Position numbers and translations under genes: made by a program. Under the pieces are notes generated by a model. It did no database searches and had not been told where the DNA came from. It saw nothing but the letters and a program-made list of their open reading frames with translations. Below are positions 1-9,215 of a DNA stretch of 64,000 nt, one piece after another. The first letter of the stretch is position 1, and every line of letters begins with the position of its first letter. Source of the stretch: Candidatus Dormiibacterota bacterium (GTDB lineage Bacteria > Chloroflexota > Dormibacteria > Aeolococcales > Aeolococcaceae); contig PLWW01000078.1 in assembly GCA_003153125.1 (NCBI GenBank), positions 30,945 to 94,944 on the forward strand, written 5' to 3'.

Positions 1-1
1 C

Positions 2-337
2 GCCCAGGGCGTCGCGCTGACCCTTGAGGAGCTGGCCGGTGATCAGCCTCTACCGGCCACCATCTGCCTCGCCGGGGGCGGTGCGGCCCTCCCCGAGGTC
101 GCCGAGCAGCTCAGGGCCCTCGACTGGGCCGAGACACTGCCGATGGCGCACGCGCCGTCGGTCCGGGTGCTCGGTCCCGAGGACGTGCAGCGTGTGTTCG
201 ACAGCACGGGGCTCCTCGTCGGGCCCCAGGACGTCACCCCGATGGGCCTCGCCCACCACGCCATCTCCATCGAGGACGAGGCCGATCAGCCGCTCGGAGG
301 GCTGATGCGCCGCGTCCTCAAGACCATGAAGGTCTAG
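2..337 (+). CDS. FtsA/PilM-like actin-fold ATPase, C-terminal fragment (5' end outside window)
   Basis: The frame is open from the window edge. Translation ...ICLAGGGAALPEVAEQL...VTPMGLAHHA... resembles the C-terminal subdomain of FtsA/PilM-type ATPases. It ends in a basic amphipathic tail GLMRRVLKTMKV, like an FtsA membrane-targeting helix. Confidence 0.5.
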   Translation, partial: AQGVALTLEELAGDQPLPATICLAGGGAALPEVAEQLRALDWAETLPMAHAPSVRVLGPEDVQRVFDSTGLLVGPQDVTPMGLAHHAISIEDEADQPLGGLMRRVLKTMKV

Positions 338-340
338 ACG

Positions 341-1993
341 GTGCCAGAGGTGATCTACACCGAGACCAGCGACGAGATCGTCGACCTCGTCGAGAGGGTG
401 CGTTCCGCGGTCGATGCTGAGGTCGCCCTTGTGCTGGGCGCCGGCACCGCCGGCCTGCAGACCCCGCTCAACGTCCGCCTTCTTCGCCAGCTGGGGACCA
501 GCGCCGGCAAGAAGGTGTCGGTGATCAGCGGCGATCCCTATATCCAGGAGCTGTCACGCGTCGGCGGCCTGGCCACGTACGCGTCGGTGCCGGCCTTCGA
601 GCGCGGCATCCAGACGGTGCGCCCGCACCCGGACGAGGGACAGCCCGGCACATTCATGGGCGCAGCGACCGCCGGTGCTGCCGCTGGCCTCGTCCAGCCA
701 CCCGGGCCTCCGCCACCACCACCACCACGCACCGCCACGGGCGCAGCAGAGAAGACGCGTGGCACCGGACGCCTGGCGGGACGGCGCCGGCCCCTGTACT
801 TCGTGGCCGCCGGCTTGGTGATCCTCGGGCTGATCCTCTTCCTTGTGGTGGCACCCTCCGCGAAGGTGACCATCACGCTGATCGGCACCCAGGTCAGCGC
901 CAATCCCACCATCCAGGGCAGCCCCGACCCCGCCAACGCCGGCCAGGCCGACCACATCGTCACCTCCGTGGTGACAAGTGACCAGTCGGCGCAATTCACC
1001 GCCACACCGACGGGCAAGCAGGCGATCGCGGCGACACCGGCGACGGCGAGCCTGGTCATGCAGAGCAAGATCGCACCGGGCGCCCAGGTCACAGTCGGTC
1101 AGGGCTATGAGTTCGATACCACGAGCAGCCCACCGGTCAAGTTCACCGCGACCCAGACGGTCACCGTGACCTTTCCGCAGACTTCGGGGGGCACGTTCGT
1201 GAACGGATCACCCGCGGTTCCCGTCCAGGCATCAGTCGCGGGAGCAGCCGCAAATGTTGCAGCCAACACGATCGTTATCATGAATCCGGACCCGTGCGCG
1301 ACCGGGAGTGGGAACCATTGCGGGACAGGCGACCTGACCGTGACCAACCCCGCCGCCGCCGCCGGGGGCGCCGACGCCAAGACCAATGTGATCGCCAGCA
1401 CCAACGACGTCAACGGGTGGAACGCGCAGGTCACGCAAAGCGAACAGACGCTGACCACGCAGGTCAACCAGGACCTGGCCACCAAGGCCGCAGGCAAGAC
1501 CGTCGCCAAGGACCCGGGGGGCAACGGGACCACCATCGCGTGTACGGTCACGCCAGCCCTTCCCGCCCCCAACGCCGTCTTCGCAACCACCCAGGTCACG
1601 GTCGCCTGCAGCGGCAAGGCCGCCGTCTACAACCCCGCCGACATCACCAAGGCGGTGATGGGCGACCTCCAGCAACAGGTCGCCCAGGGAGACTCCCTGG
1701 CGACCAGCGCGGTCACGTGCACCAAGCCGTCGGTGACGCAGGCGGCCGATGACGGCACTGTCGTCGCAAGCGTCCAGTGCACCGGCTTCTCGCGCCCGTC
1801 CATCGACCTCACGGCGCTCAGGGGCCAGCTCACCGGCCACAGCCCCGGTGATGTGCGCAACATCATCGAACACCATCTCAACCATGTGCAGAACGTCGTC
1901 GTGTCGCAGTCGCCGATCCCCTTCTTCTGGCTGCCGTTCTTTGCCAGCAGGATCGAGATCGACGAGTCGTTCGTGAACACGGCGGGCTCATGA
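341..1993 (+). CDS. Bitopic membrane protein of unknown function (cytoplasmic N-domain, poly-Pro linker, one TM, large Thr/Ala/Val-rich exodomain)
   Basis: 550-aa ORF starting with GTG 3 nt after the upstream stop. It has a PPGPPPPPPP linker, a TM segment LYFVAAGLVILGLILFLVVA, and a segment AGAAANVAANTIVIMNP...NPAAAAGGADAKT that faintly recalls baseplate-J/gp47-like motifs. Its stop overlaps the ruvX start. Confidence 0.6.
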   Translation: MPEVIYTETSDEIVDLVERVRSAVDAEVALVLGAGTAGLQTPLNVRLLRQLGTSAGKKVSVISGDPYIQELSRVGGLATYASVPAFERGIQTVRPHPDEGQPGTFMGAATAGAAAGLVQPPGPPPPPPPRTATGAAEKTRGTGRLAGRRRPLYFVAAGLVILGLILFLVVAPSAKVTITLIGTQVSANPTIQGSPDPANAGQADHIVTSVVTSDQSAQFTATPTGKQAIAATPATASLVMQSKIAPGAQVTVGQGYEFDTTSSPPVKFTATQTVTVTFPQTSGGTFVNGSPAVPVQASVAGAAANVAANTIVIMNPDPCATGSGNHCGTGDLTVTNPAAAAGGADAKTNVIASTNDVNGWNAQVTQSEQTLTTQVNQDLATKAAGKTVAKDPGGNGTTIACTVTPALPAPNAVFATTQVTVACSGKAAVYNPADITKAVMGDLQQQVAQGDSLATSAVTCTKPSVTQAADDGTVVASVQCTGFSRPSIDLTALRGQLTGHSPGDVRNIIEHHLNHVQNVVVSQSPIPFFWLPFFASRIEIDESFVNTAGS

Positions 1994-2424
1994 CCACGCC
2001 CGCCCTGGGTGTCGACGTTGGCACGGTGCGCGTGGGAGTTGCCGGGAGTGACGAGACCGGGATGCTGGCCACGCCGCTACGCACCGTCCCGCGCACACCG
2101 GCCGCACGGCTGTGGCGCGAGTTGGCGGAGATCGTCGACGAGCGATCGCCACAGTGCATCGTGGTCGGCCTGCCCCGACGCCTCGACGGCAGCGAGGGTG
2201 AGTCGGCGGCGGACGCCCGGCACGTCGCCGCCCAGGTGCGCGCCCGCACCGGCCTGCCCGTGGAGATGTGGGACGAGAGGTTCACCACGGCGGCGGCCGA
2301 GCGCAGCCTGATCGCCAACGGCCGGCGCCGTGCCCAGCGTCGCCGCAGCATCGACGCGGTGGCGGCGAGCCTGCTCCTCCAGAGTTGGCTGGACGCCCGC
2401 GCCCGGACGAGCACCCCGCGGTGA
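1990..2424 (+). CDS. ruvX: Holliday-junction resolvase-like nuclease RuvX/YqgF
   Basis: 144 aa with LGVDVGTVRVGVA...IVVGLPRRLDGSEGE...DERFTT, typical of the YqgF family. ATGA overlap with the upstream gene. Confidence 0.9.
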   Translation: MTTPALGVDVGTVRVGVAGSDETGMLATPLRTVPRTPAARLWRELAEIVDERSPQCIVVGLPRRLDGSEGESAADARHVAAQVRARTGLPVEMWDERFTTAAAERSLIANGRRRAQRRRSIDAVAASLLLQSWLDARARTSTPR

Positions 2425-3458
2425 GGCGTGGGCAGGGCGGCCGCTGCGGTGTCGTGTTCGCAATCGTCGCCACGCTCGTCGTGCTGGCCATGGTCGTCGG
2501 AGGTGCATTGCTCTACGGGCGCACCCAGCTCGACCCCCCGGCCAGCAGTGCCAAGGCGCCCGTCACGATCACCGTCCACAACGGCGAGTCGGTCGACGCG
2601 CTGGTCAACGACCTCGCCGGCCACGGGCTCATCCGCAGCGCCTTCTGGTTCGGCTGGTATGCGCACCTGCAGGGCCTTGCGTCCAAGTTGGTGGCGGGCC
2701 ATTTCGTGCTCGACGACGCCATGAGCGCCAGCTACATCGTGCAGCGTCTCGAGAGCCCGCCCCAGATCGGCACCCGTCGGGTCCTCCTCACCGAGGGGCT
2801 CACCGCCGGTCAGATGGCGGCAAAGATCGCCGCCTCAGGCTTGAACATCACCGCCGCCAAGTATCTTGCCGAGGTGCGGAGCGGCAGCTTCAGCGAGCCC
2901 TTCCTTGCCGAGCGTCCCAGCGGAGCGTCGCTGGAGGGATTCCTGTTCCCCGACACCTACGACATCCCCGAGAACGCCAGCGCGCACGACGTCGTGCAGA
3001 TGCAGCTCGCCGATTTCGCCAACAAGGCGATGCCCGTGCTCGCCGGTGTCGGCTCGCAGCAGCTCTACGCGACGGTGACCGTGGCGTCGATCACCGAGCG
3101 CGAGGCGAAGTTCGAGTTCGACCGGGCGCTGGTGGCAGGGGTGGTCGACAATCGCCTCGCCGGCGGCGAGCGGCTGCAACTCGACTCGACGGTGATCTAC
3201 GGGCTGGGTCTCAGCGGTGGCACGCTGACCGCGCAGCAGCTGGCGACGGACACCCCCTACAACACATACCTCCACTCCGGACTGCCGCCGACTCCCATCT
3301 CCAACCCCGGGGTGGAGAGCATCACCGCGGCCGTCCACCCGGCAGCCACGCCGGATTTCTTCTTCATCTCCGACTGCAGCGGCCACAACCACTACAGCGT
3401 CACCGAGCAGCAGCATGAACAGCAGATCGCCCAGTACCTCAGCAAGCCCTGTGGCTGA
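2421..3458 (+). CDS. mltG: Endolytic murein transglycosylase MltG (YceG-like)
   Basis: GTG at 2421 overlaps the ruvX stop (GTGA). N-terminal TM (VVFAIVATLVVLAMVVGG) followed by a YceG domain (ASITEREAKF...LQLDSTVIYG...YNTYLHSGLPPTPISNPG). Confidence 0.85.
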   Translation: MRRGQGGRCGVVFAIVATLVVLAMVVGGALLYGRTQLDPPASSAKAPVTITVHNGESVDALVNDLAGHGLIRSAFWFGWYAHLQGLASKLVAGHFVLDDAMSASYIVQRLESPPQIGTRRVLLTEGLTAGQMAAKIAASGLNITAAKYLAEVRSGSFSEPFLAERPSGASLEGFLFPDTYDIPENASAHDVVQMQLADFANKAMPVLAGVGSQQLYATVTVASITEREAKFEFDRALVAGVVDNRLAGGERLQLDSTVIYGLGLSGGTLTAQQLATDTPYNTYLHSGLPPTPISNPGVESITAAVHPAATPDFFFISDCSGHNHYSVTEQQHEQQIAQYLSKPCG

Positions 3459-4308
3459 TGCCGTTTCCGGTGCTCTCCCTCTCTGCCTGATCGGCGAGGG
3501 CATCGCGTCGTCTCCCAGTCGCGTCATGCAGGAGGCGGCCCTGCGCGCGGTCGGACGCGAGGGCAGCTACGACATCGTCAACGTGGGTCCCGCGCAACTT
3601 CCCGGCGTGCTCGCCGACCTTCGGGCCGGGCGCTGGCGCGGCGCCAACGTGACCACCCCGTACAAGTTCGCTCTTGCCTCGGTCTGCGACGAGTTGGAGG
3701 GAGACGCGGTGCTCGCCGGGGCCGTGAACACGATCACCGTCACCGGTGACGGAGACCTCATCGGTGCCAACACCGACGCCGTGGGGTTCGAGATGGCTCT
3801 CAAAGGGCGGGCGCTGTGGCCGGAGCCCGAGAGCCGCGCCCTGGTCTTCGGGGCCGGCGGCGCCGCTGCAGCCGTGGTCCTCGCGCTGACCCGAGTCCCC
3901 GTGGTGCGGACGACGATCGTGGCTCGGCGCATCAACACGGCACGCTCCCTGATCGACCGGCTCACTGCCGGCGGCGTCGAGGGTGACGTGGCGGTGGGAC
4001 TGTGGGATGAGGACTATCTCGGACGCCTCTTGGAGGCGGCCGACATCGTCGTCAACGCCACCGCGGCGGGAGCGGCCGACCTGCCGCTGACTCCCGCGCG
4101 ACTGAGGCCGTCGTGTACGGTCGCCGACGTGCGCTACCGGCCGCGTCCCGTCGACCTCGTGGCCGCGGCGCTGGAGGCTGGCCTGCGCGCCTGCGACGGC
4201 GTCGACATGCTCCTCAACCAGGGGATGCTCAGCTTCCGGCGCTGGACGGGCCTGGAACCACCCTTCGACGCCGCCCGCGCGGCCCTGGAGGAGGCGCTCG
4301 GCCCATGA
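3451..4308 (+). CDS. aroE: Shikimate 5-dehydrogenase
   Basis: LIGEGIASSPSRVMQEAA...ANVTTPYKF...GAVNTI...GANTDAVGF...GAGGAAAAV. The ORF opens at ATG 3415, but third-position GC is low until about 3451, so I prefer GTG 3451. Confidence 0.85.
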   Translation: MADAVSGALPLCLIGEGIASSPSRVMQEAALRAVGREGSYDIVNVGPAQLPGVLADLRAGRWRGANVTTPYKFALASVCDELEGDAVLAGAVNTITVTGDGDLIGANTDAVGFEMALKGRALWPEPESRALVFGAGGAAAAVVLALTRVPVVRTTIVARRINTARSLIDRLTAGGVEGDVAVGLWDEDYLGRLLEAADIVVNATAAGAADLPLTPARLRPSCTVADVRYRPRPVDLVAAALEAGLRACDGVDMLLNQGMLSFRRWTGLEPPFDAARAALEEALGP

Positions 4309-5048
4309 GCGCGACCGCCGCCGCCCTCGCCGTCCCCGTGGGCGCGGTCGCGGGACTGGGCGCCGGCTGGCTGTCGGTGGTGCTCGAACGCATCGAGCGG
4401 CTCGAGGCGGAGGACCGCGAGGCCCACACGCGGGAGGTCGAGGCGGCCGCGCACATGGGTCGCGAGGCGGGCGCAGCACCCCCTCCGGAGCAGCCCTGGC
4501 CCGAAGACAAGTACGGCTGGACGGCGATCGAGCGCATCCTCTGCCCCATCCTCGGTGCCATCGGGTTCGCCGCCTTCGCCGCCCACCAGCCGATCGGCTC
4601 GGGGCTGCTCATCGACCTCCTCTGGGTGACGGTGTTCGTGCAGATCTTCGGCTTCGACCTCAAGCACCGGCTCATCCTCAACCGCGTGACCTACCCGGGC
4701 GTGGTGGCGGCACTGGCGCTGTCATTCGTGACCCCGGGCCTGACGTTCGTCCACGCGCTGGTCGGCTGCGCCGTCATCGGCGTCTTCTTCCTGCTCATGA
4801 ACGTGATGACGCGGGGAGGCATCGGCCTGGGCGACGCCAAGCTCGGAGTGCTCATCGGGGCCACCTGCGGGATCACCCTCGACCTCGACCACCTCGGAGC
4901 CGTGTACGCCGTCATCTACGGCATCTTCCTGGGCGGCCTGGTTGCCCTTGTGCTCCTGCTCCTGCGCCTGCGCAGCCTCAAGGACCCCATCCCGTACGGC
5001 CCCTTCCTCTGCGTGGGCGCCGCGGTGGTGCTCTTCCGCGGCCTGTGA
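4305..5048 (+). CDS. Prepilin peptidase-like A24 family membrane aspartyl protease
   Basis: ATG 4305 overlaps the aroE stop (ATGA). Multi-TM protein with GGIGLGDAKLGVLIGA and PYGPFLCVGA motifs. It sits inside the shikimate cluster, as in many actinobacteria. Confidence 0.75.
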   Translation: MSATAAALAVPVGAVAGLGAGWLSVVLERIERLEAEDREAHTREVEAAAHMGREAGAAPPPEQPWPEDKYGWTAIERILCPILGAIGFAAFAAHQPIGSGLLIDLLWVTVFVQIFGFDLKHRLILNRVTYPGVVAALALSFVTPGLTFVHALVGCAVIGVFFLLMNVMTRGGIGLGDAKLGVLIGATCGITLDLDHLGAVYAVIYGIFLGGLVALVLLLLRLRSLKDPIPYGPFLCVGAAVVLFRGL

Positions 5049-5082
5049 CGCGCCCCACGAGGGTGTCGCGGGCGAGCCCTTC

Positions 5083-5088
5083 TAGAAT
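5083..5088 (+). promoter_or_regulatory. -10 hexamer TAGAAT, 6 nt upstream of the aroC ATG (leaderless-type promoter)
   Basis: TAGAAT-cgcggg-ATG, with no SD between the hexamer and the start codon. Confidence 0.4.
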
Positions 5089-5094
5089 CGCGGG

Positions 5095-6252
5095 ATGTTG
5101 AGGTATCTCACCGCCGGCGAATCTCACGGTCCGCAATTGACCGTGATCGTCGAGGGCATCCCCGCCGGCCTCGAGCTGGACGCCACCCGCGACCTCCAGC
5201 CCGACCTGCGCCGCCGCCAGGGCGGGCATGGCCGGGGCAAGCGGCAGCAGATCGAGAGTGACAGCGCCACGATCACGGCGGGGGTGCGCGGCGGGCGCAG
5301 CCTCGGCTCGCCGATCGCGCTGACCATCGTCAACCGCGACTGGAACAACTGGAAGGGTCCGATGCAGGTGGAGGCCGACGGGTTCACCAAGAAGTCGGTG
5401 ACACGCGTGCGACCCGGCCACGCCGACCTCGCCGGCATGCTCAAGTTCGACCTCGACGACGCTCGCGACGTGCTCGAGCGAGCCTCCGCCCGCGAGACCG
5501 CCGCGCGCGTCGCCGCCGGGGGTGTCGCCAGGGCGCTCCTCGCGGTGGCCGGCGTCTCGATCACCTCCCACGTGGTCCGCATCGGCGACGTCGTGGCCGA
5601 CGAGCTCGTTGCGGGTAGCGACACCGCCGTGGTGGAGGAGTCGCCGGTGCGCTGTGCCGACCCCGCCGCCGGGGCGCGAATGGTCGAGGCGATCGACGCC
5701 GCCCGCGCCGCCGGCGACACCCTCGGCGGCACGGCTGTCGTCACCGCCCACCACGTCGTGGCCGGGCTTGGCAGTTACGCGCAGTGGGACCGGAAACTCG
5801 ACGGTCGGATCGCGCAGGCGATGTGCAGCATCCCATCGGTGAAGGGCGTCGAGCTCGGCGACGCGCTGATCGCGGCAGCCAGCCCCGGCTCGGCGGTTCA
5901 CGACCGGCCCGCGTACACGCCCGGGCGCGGCTTTCACCATCTCAGCAACCGCCAGGGCGGCCTCTCCGGTGGCGTGAGCAACGGCGAGGATGTCTGGACA
6001 CGTGTGCACTTCAAGCCCATCTCGACGCTGCTGACGCCGCTGCGCAGCGTCGACGTGCGCACCGGCGAGGAGACAAATGCCCACTACGAGCGCAGCGACA
6101 TCTGCGTGGTGCCGGCAGGAGCTGTCGTCGCGGAGGCCATGCTCGCCCTGGTGCTCGCGGAGGCGTTCCTGGACAAGTTCGGCGGCGACTCCGTCGGCGA
6201 GTTCTGCCGCAACATCGACTCCTACCGAGCCACGCTCGCCCGCCTCCGGTGA
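5095..6252 (+). CDS. aroC: Chorismate synthase
   Basis: MLRYLTAGESHGPQL...RRRQGGHGRGKRQ...RPGHADLAG...SARETAARVAAG is unmistakable for AroC. Confidence 0.95.
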   Translation: MLRYLTAGESHGPQLTVIVEGIPAGLELDATRDLQPDLRRRQGGHGRGKRQQIESDSATITAGVRGGRSLGSPIALTIVNRDWNNWKGPMQVEADGFTKKSVTRVRPGHADLAGMLKFDLDDARDVLERASARETAARVAAGGVARALLAVAGVSITSHVVRIGDVVADELVAGSDTAVVEESPVRCADPAAGARMVEAIDAARAAGDTLGGTAVVTAHHVVAGLGSYAQWDRKLDGRIAQAMCSIPSVKGVELGDALIAAASPGSAVHDRPAYTPGRGFHHLSNRQGGLSGGVSNGEDVWTRVHFKPISTLLTPLRSVDVRTGEETNAHYERSDICVVPAGAVVAEAMLALVLAEAFLDKFGGDSVGEFCRNIDSYRATLARLR

Positions 6253-7832
6253 GCGCGCTCGGTCACGTCGTGCTCGTCGGGCTGCCCGGCAGTGGCAAGT
6301 CCACGGTCGCGCCGATCCTGGCCGGCCGACTTGGGCGTGGCCTCGTCGACACCGACGCCGATGTCGAGAAGCGCCTCGGGATGAGCGTCGAACGTGTCTT
6401 CTCGGAGTTGGGAGAGGCGCGCTTCCGCGCCGAGGAGCGCCACACCGCCGAGGCTGCACTGAACTCCTCCGAGCCCCTGGTCATCGCCGCGGGCGGCGGC
6501 CTCATCGCCCAGCGCGGGGCGATCGAGATCCTCGAGCGGCACGCCACACTTGTCTGCCTCGACGCCGACGACGCCCACCTGGTCGACCGGCTGGGTGGGG
6601 ACGGCGCGGTGCGCCCGCTGCTCGCGGGGTCGCCGCACGAGTCGCTGCGCCATCTTCGCGCCGTGCGCAGCGCGGCCCACTCGCACGCGCACGTACACAT
6701 CCGCACTGACGGACGCACTCCCGAGGAGGTGGCCGACCGGGTGGCTGCCGCCCTGTCCGGCTCGGTCCGTGTGGCCACGGCTCACCCCTACCTGGTTCGG
6801 GTGGGCGCCGGGGTACTCGATTCGGTGGCCGAGCAGGTCCCCCCGACGGCGCGGCGGGTCGCGGTCATCGCCGACGAGGCCGTGTCGACGGTGGCCGAGC
6901 ACCTGGCGTCGCGTCTCCGCCTCGCCGACGTGACGGTGACGGTGATGGCCATCCCGGGAGGGGAGGACGCCAAGCGTTGGAGCGTGGCCGGCGCGCTTCT
7001 GGAGCGCTGCAGCGATGCCGGCCTGGAGCGCGACGATTGCATCGTCGCCGTCGGCGGCGGCACCGTCGGCGACCTCGCCGGGCTCGTGGCGGCGACCTAC
7101 CTGCGCGGCATCGCGTGGGTGGTGGTGCCCACGACCCTGCTCGCCATGGTCGACAGCGCGGTCGGCGGCAAGACGGGCGTCAACCTGCGCCGCGGCAAGA
7201 ACCTCGCCGGCGTGTTCTGGCAACCGTGTGCGGTTCTCTGCGACCCGACCGTGCTCGAAACGGTGAGCCAGCGCAGCTTCCGGTCCGCCTTCGCCGAAAT
7301 TGTGAAATCGTCTATGGTCGGCGGCAGCGACCTGACCGAGCTGGTTGAACGGCGCCTTCACGCCGGCCTCGAGCGTGACCCGGATGCGCTCGTCGAGTTG
7401 GTGCGCGGATGCTGCGAGCTCAAGGCCGGCGTGGTTGCCGGCGACGAGCGCGAGTCCGGGCGGCGCGCCATCCTCAACTACGGGCACACGGTGGGTCATG
7501 CGGTGGAAGTACTGACGGGTCTCGGGGCCGGCCTCGACCACGGCGAGGCGGTGGCCTTCGGCATGCGCGTCGCGGGAGCGCTGAGCATCGTCGAGTCCGG
7601 CTGCCCGACCGCCGACATCGCCCACCAGGACGAGCTGCTCGACGCCTGCGGGCTGACTGAGCGTCCCCGCCTCGCGCCCGACGAGATCGCCGGGCACCTC
7701 GGCCTCGACAAGAAGGCGCGCGGCGGCGTGGCCCGCTGGGTGCTGTTGCGCCGCCGCGGTGAACCCGTCATGGGCATCGTCGTCGAGCCGACCGCCGTCA
7801 TCCGAGCCCTCACCCAGGCCGGCGTGGCATGA
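6249..7832 (+). CDS. aroKB: Fused shikimate kinase / 3-dehydroquinate synthase (AroK-AroB)
   Basis: GTG 6249 overlaps the aroC stop. N-terminal P-loop kinase (VVLVGLPGSGKSTV...DTDA) runs without a stop into a DHQ synthase (GGEDAKRW...VAVGGGTVGDLAG...MVDSAVGGKTGVN...NYGHTVGHA). Confidence 0.9.
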   Translation: MSALGHVVLVGLPGSGKSTVAPILAGRLGRGLVDTDADVEKRLGMSVERVFSELGEARFRAEERHTAEAALNSSEPLVIAAGGGLIAQRGAIEILERHATLVCLDADDAHLVDRLGGDGAVRPLLAGSPHESLRHLRAVRSAAHSHAHVHIRTDGRTPEEVADRVAAALSGSVRVATAHPYLVRVGAGVLDSVAEQVPPTARRVAVIADEAVSTVAEHLASRLRLADVTVTVMAIPGGEDAKRWSVAGALLERCSDAGLERDDCIVAVGGGTVGDLAGLVAATYLRGIAWVVVPTTLLAMVDSAVGGKTGVNLRRGKNLAGVFWQPCAVLCDPTVLETVSQRSFRSAFAEIVKSSMVGGSDLTELVERRLHAGLERDPDALVELVRGCCELKAGVVAGDERESGRRAILNYGHTVGHAVEVLTGLGAGLDHGEAVAFGMRVAGALSIVESGCPTADIAHQDELLDACGLTERPRLAPDEIAGHLGLDKKARGGVARWVLLRRRGEPVMGIVVEPTAVIRALTQAGVA

Positions 7833-8284
7833 GGATTCTCGTGCTCAACGGGCCCAACCTCGGCACCATCGGGCGCCGCCAGCCCGAGGTCTACGGGACG
7901 ATCACCCTCGCCGAGATCCACGATCGCCTCCGCCGCGAGGCCGAAGCTCTCGAGATCGACCTGCGCTGGGAACAGAGCAACCACGAGGGTGCGCTCATCG
8001 ACCTCATCGAAGAGGAGAGCGGGCGCGCCGACGCCATCGTCATCAACCCCGGCGGCCTCGCCCACACAAGCATCGTCCTGGCCGATGCGCTGCGCGGCTT
8101 CCCGGGGCCCGTGGTGGAGATCCACATCAGCAACATCCTCGGCCGCGAGGAGTACCGTCGTACCTCACACGTGGCGGAGGCGGCCACAGCGGTCATCAGC
8201 GGCGCCGGCGCCGACGGCTACGTGATGGCGCTGCAGACCGCCGCCCGGCTGGCGGGGGCGTCAACGACGGAGGCGTCGCCATGA
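7829..8284 (+). CDS. aroQ: Type II 3-dehydroquinate dehydratase
   Basis: MRILVLNGPNLGTIGRRQPEVYG...QSNHEGALID...INPGGLAHTS...VEIHISNI. Confidence 0.95.
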   Translation: MRILVLNGPNLGTIGRRQPEVYGTITLAEIHDRLRREAEALEIDLRWEQSNHEGALIDLIEEESGRADAIVINPGGLAHTSIVLADALRGFPGPVVEIHISNILGREEYRRTSHVAEAATAVISGAGADGYVMALQTAARLAGASTTEASP

Positions 8285-8838
8285 TCAACGCAGGCGAGCT
8301 ACGACCGGGCAACACCGTGGAGCGCCAGGGTGAGCTGCTCCAGGTGCTGGAATTCGCCCACAACAAGCAGGGCCGGGGGACGGCGATCGTCCGCGCCAAG
8401 TTCAAGAACCTCCAGACGGGGGCGGTCACCGAGGAGACGTTCCGCCCCGAGGAGAAGTTCGGCCGAGCGCGCATCGAGCGCAGTGAGGCGCAGTTCCTCT
8501 ACCAGGACGGCGACGATTACGTGGTCATGGACACGACCACGTACGACCAGTTCCCGCTGACGCCCGACCAGCTCGGCGAGGCCCGCCAGTTCCTCAAGGA
8601 GAACGACAACCTCTTCCTGCTCACCTACGACGGCAAGGTGCTCGGCATCGACCTGCCCACCTCCGTCGAGCTGGCCGTGACCCAGACCGACCCCGGCTTC
8701 AAGGGCGACACGGCCAATGCCGCGTTCAAGCCGGCCACGACAGAGACAGGGCTGGTGGTCGACGTGCCGCTCTTCGTCAACGAGCGAGACACCATCCGCG
8801 TCGACACCCGAACCGGCAAATACGTGGAGCGGGTGTGA
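8281..8838 (+). CDS. efp: Elongation factor P
   Basis: ATG 8281 overlaps the aroQ stop. MINAGELRPGNTVE...KQGRGTAIVRAKFKNLQTG...KGDTAN..KPATTETG. Confidence 0.95.
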   Translation: MINAGELRPGNTVERQGELLQVLEFAHNKQGRGTAIVRAKFKNLQTGAVTEETFRPEEKFGRARIERSEAQFLYQDGDDYVVMDTTTYDQFPLTPDQLGEARQFLKENDNLFLLTYDGKVLGIDLPTSVELAVTQTDPGFKGDTANAAFKPATTETGLVVDVPLFVNERDTIRVDTRTGKYVERV

Positions 8839-9215
8839 TGGTCGAGGCGACGCCTGCTGTGGAGCTCGACGGCGACGATCACGGCACCCCCGGGGTGACC
8901 CGGGTCGCCAACGACGTGGTGGCGTGGATCGCTGCGCTCACGGCGCTCCAGGTCGACGGCGTGCATGCCATGTACCGGCCCGGTGGCCAGTCCATCGAGC
9001 GCATCCTGCGCCGCAGGGTCGCTCACCGCGGCGTCCGCGTCGAGTTGCGCGACGACGGCTTGCGCATCGACCTCTGGATCGTCATGGAGGCAGGGGCCAA
9101 TGTCGCCGCGGTGGGCGCGCACGTGCAACGCGCCGCCGGCGACGCCATCCGGCGCATGCTCGGGCTCCCCCTCGAAGCGGTCAACGTCTTCGTCAGCGAG
9201 GTCGTCTTCACGTGA
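8835..9215 (+). CDS. Asp23/Gls24 family envelope-stress protein
   Basis: 126 aa with VANDVVAWIAALTALQVDGV...GVRVEL..DGLRIDLWIVMEAGANV...VNVFVSEV. The start is GTG 8835 or ATG 8838, overlapping the efp stop. Confidence 0.8.
   Translation: MMVEATPAVELDGDDHGTPGVTRVANDVVAWIAALTALQVDGVHAMYRPGGQSIERILRRRVAHRGVRVELRDDGLRIDLWIVMEAGANVAAVGAHVQRAAGDAIRRMLGLPLEAVNVFVSEVVFT

Noticed and set aside
700-735. CCACC/CCG-rich run that looks like a simple repeat
   Set aside because: It is in frame inside the 550-aa ORF and encodes the PPGPPPPPPP linker, so it is not an independent repeat element.
4978-6459. 493-aa minus-strand ORF across aroC; similar long antisense ORFs occur at 19489-21225, 26650-28275, 36681-37553 and 61787-63652
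   Set aside because: All of them overlap well-supported genes on the other strand and have low-complexity R/G/P/A composition. They are artefacts of stop-codon scarcity in GC-rich DNA.
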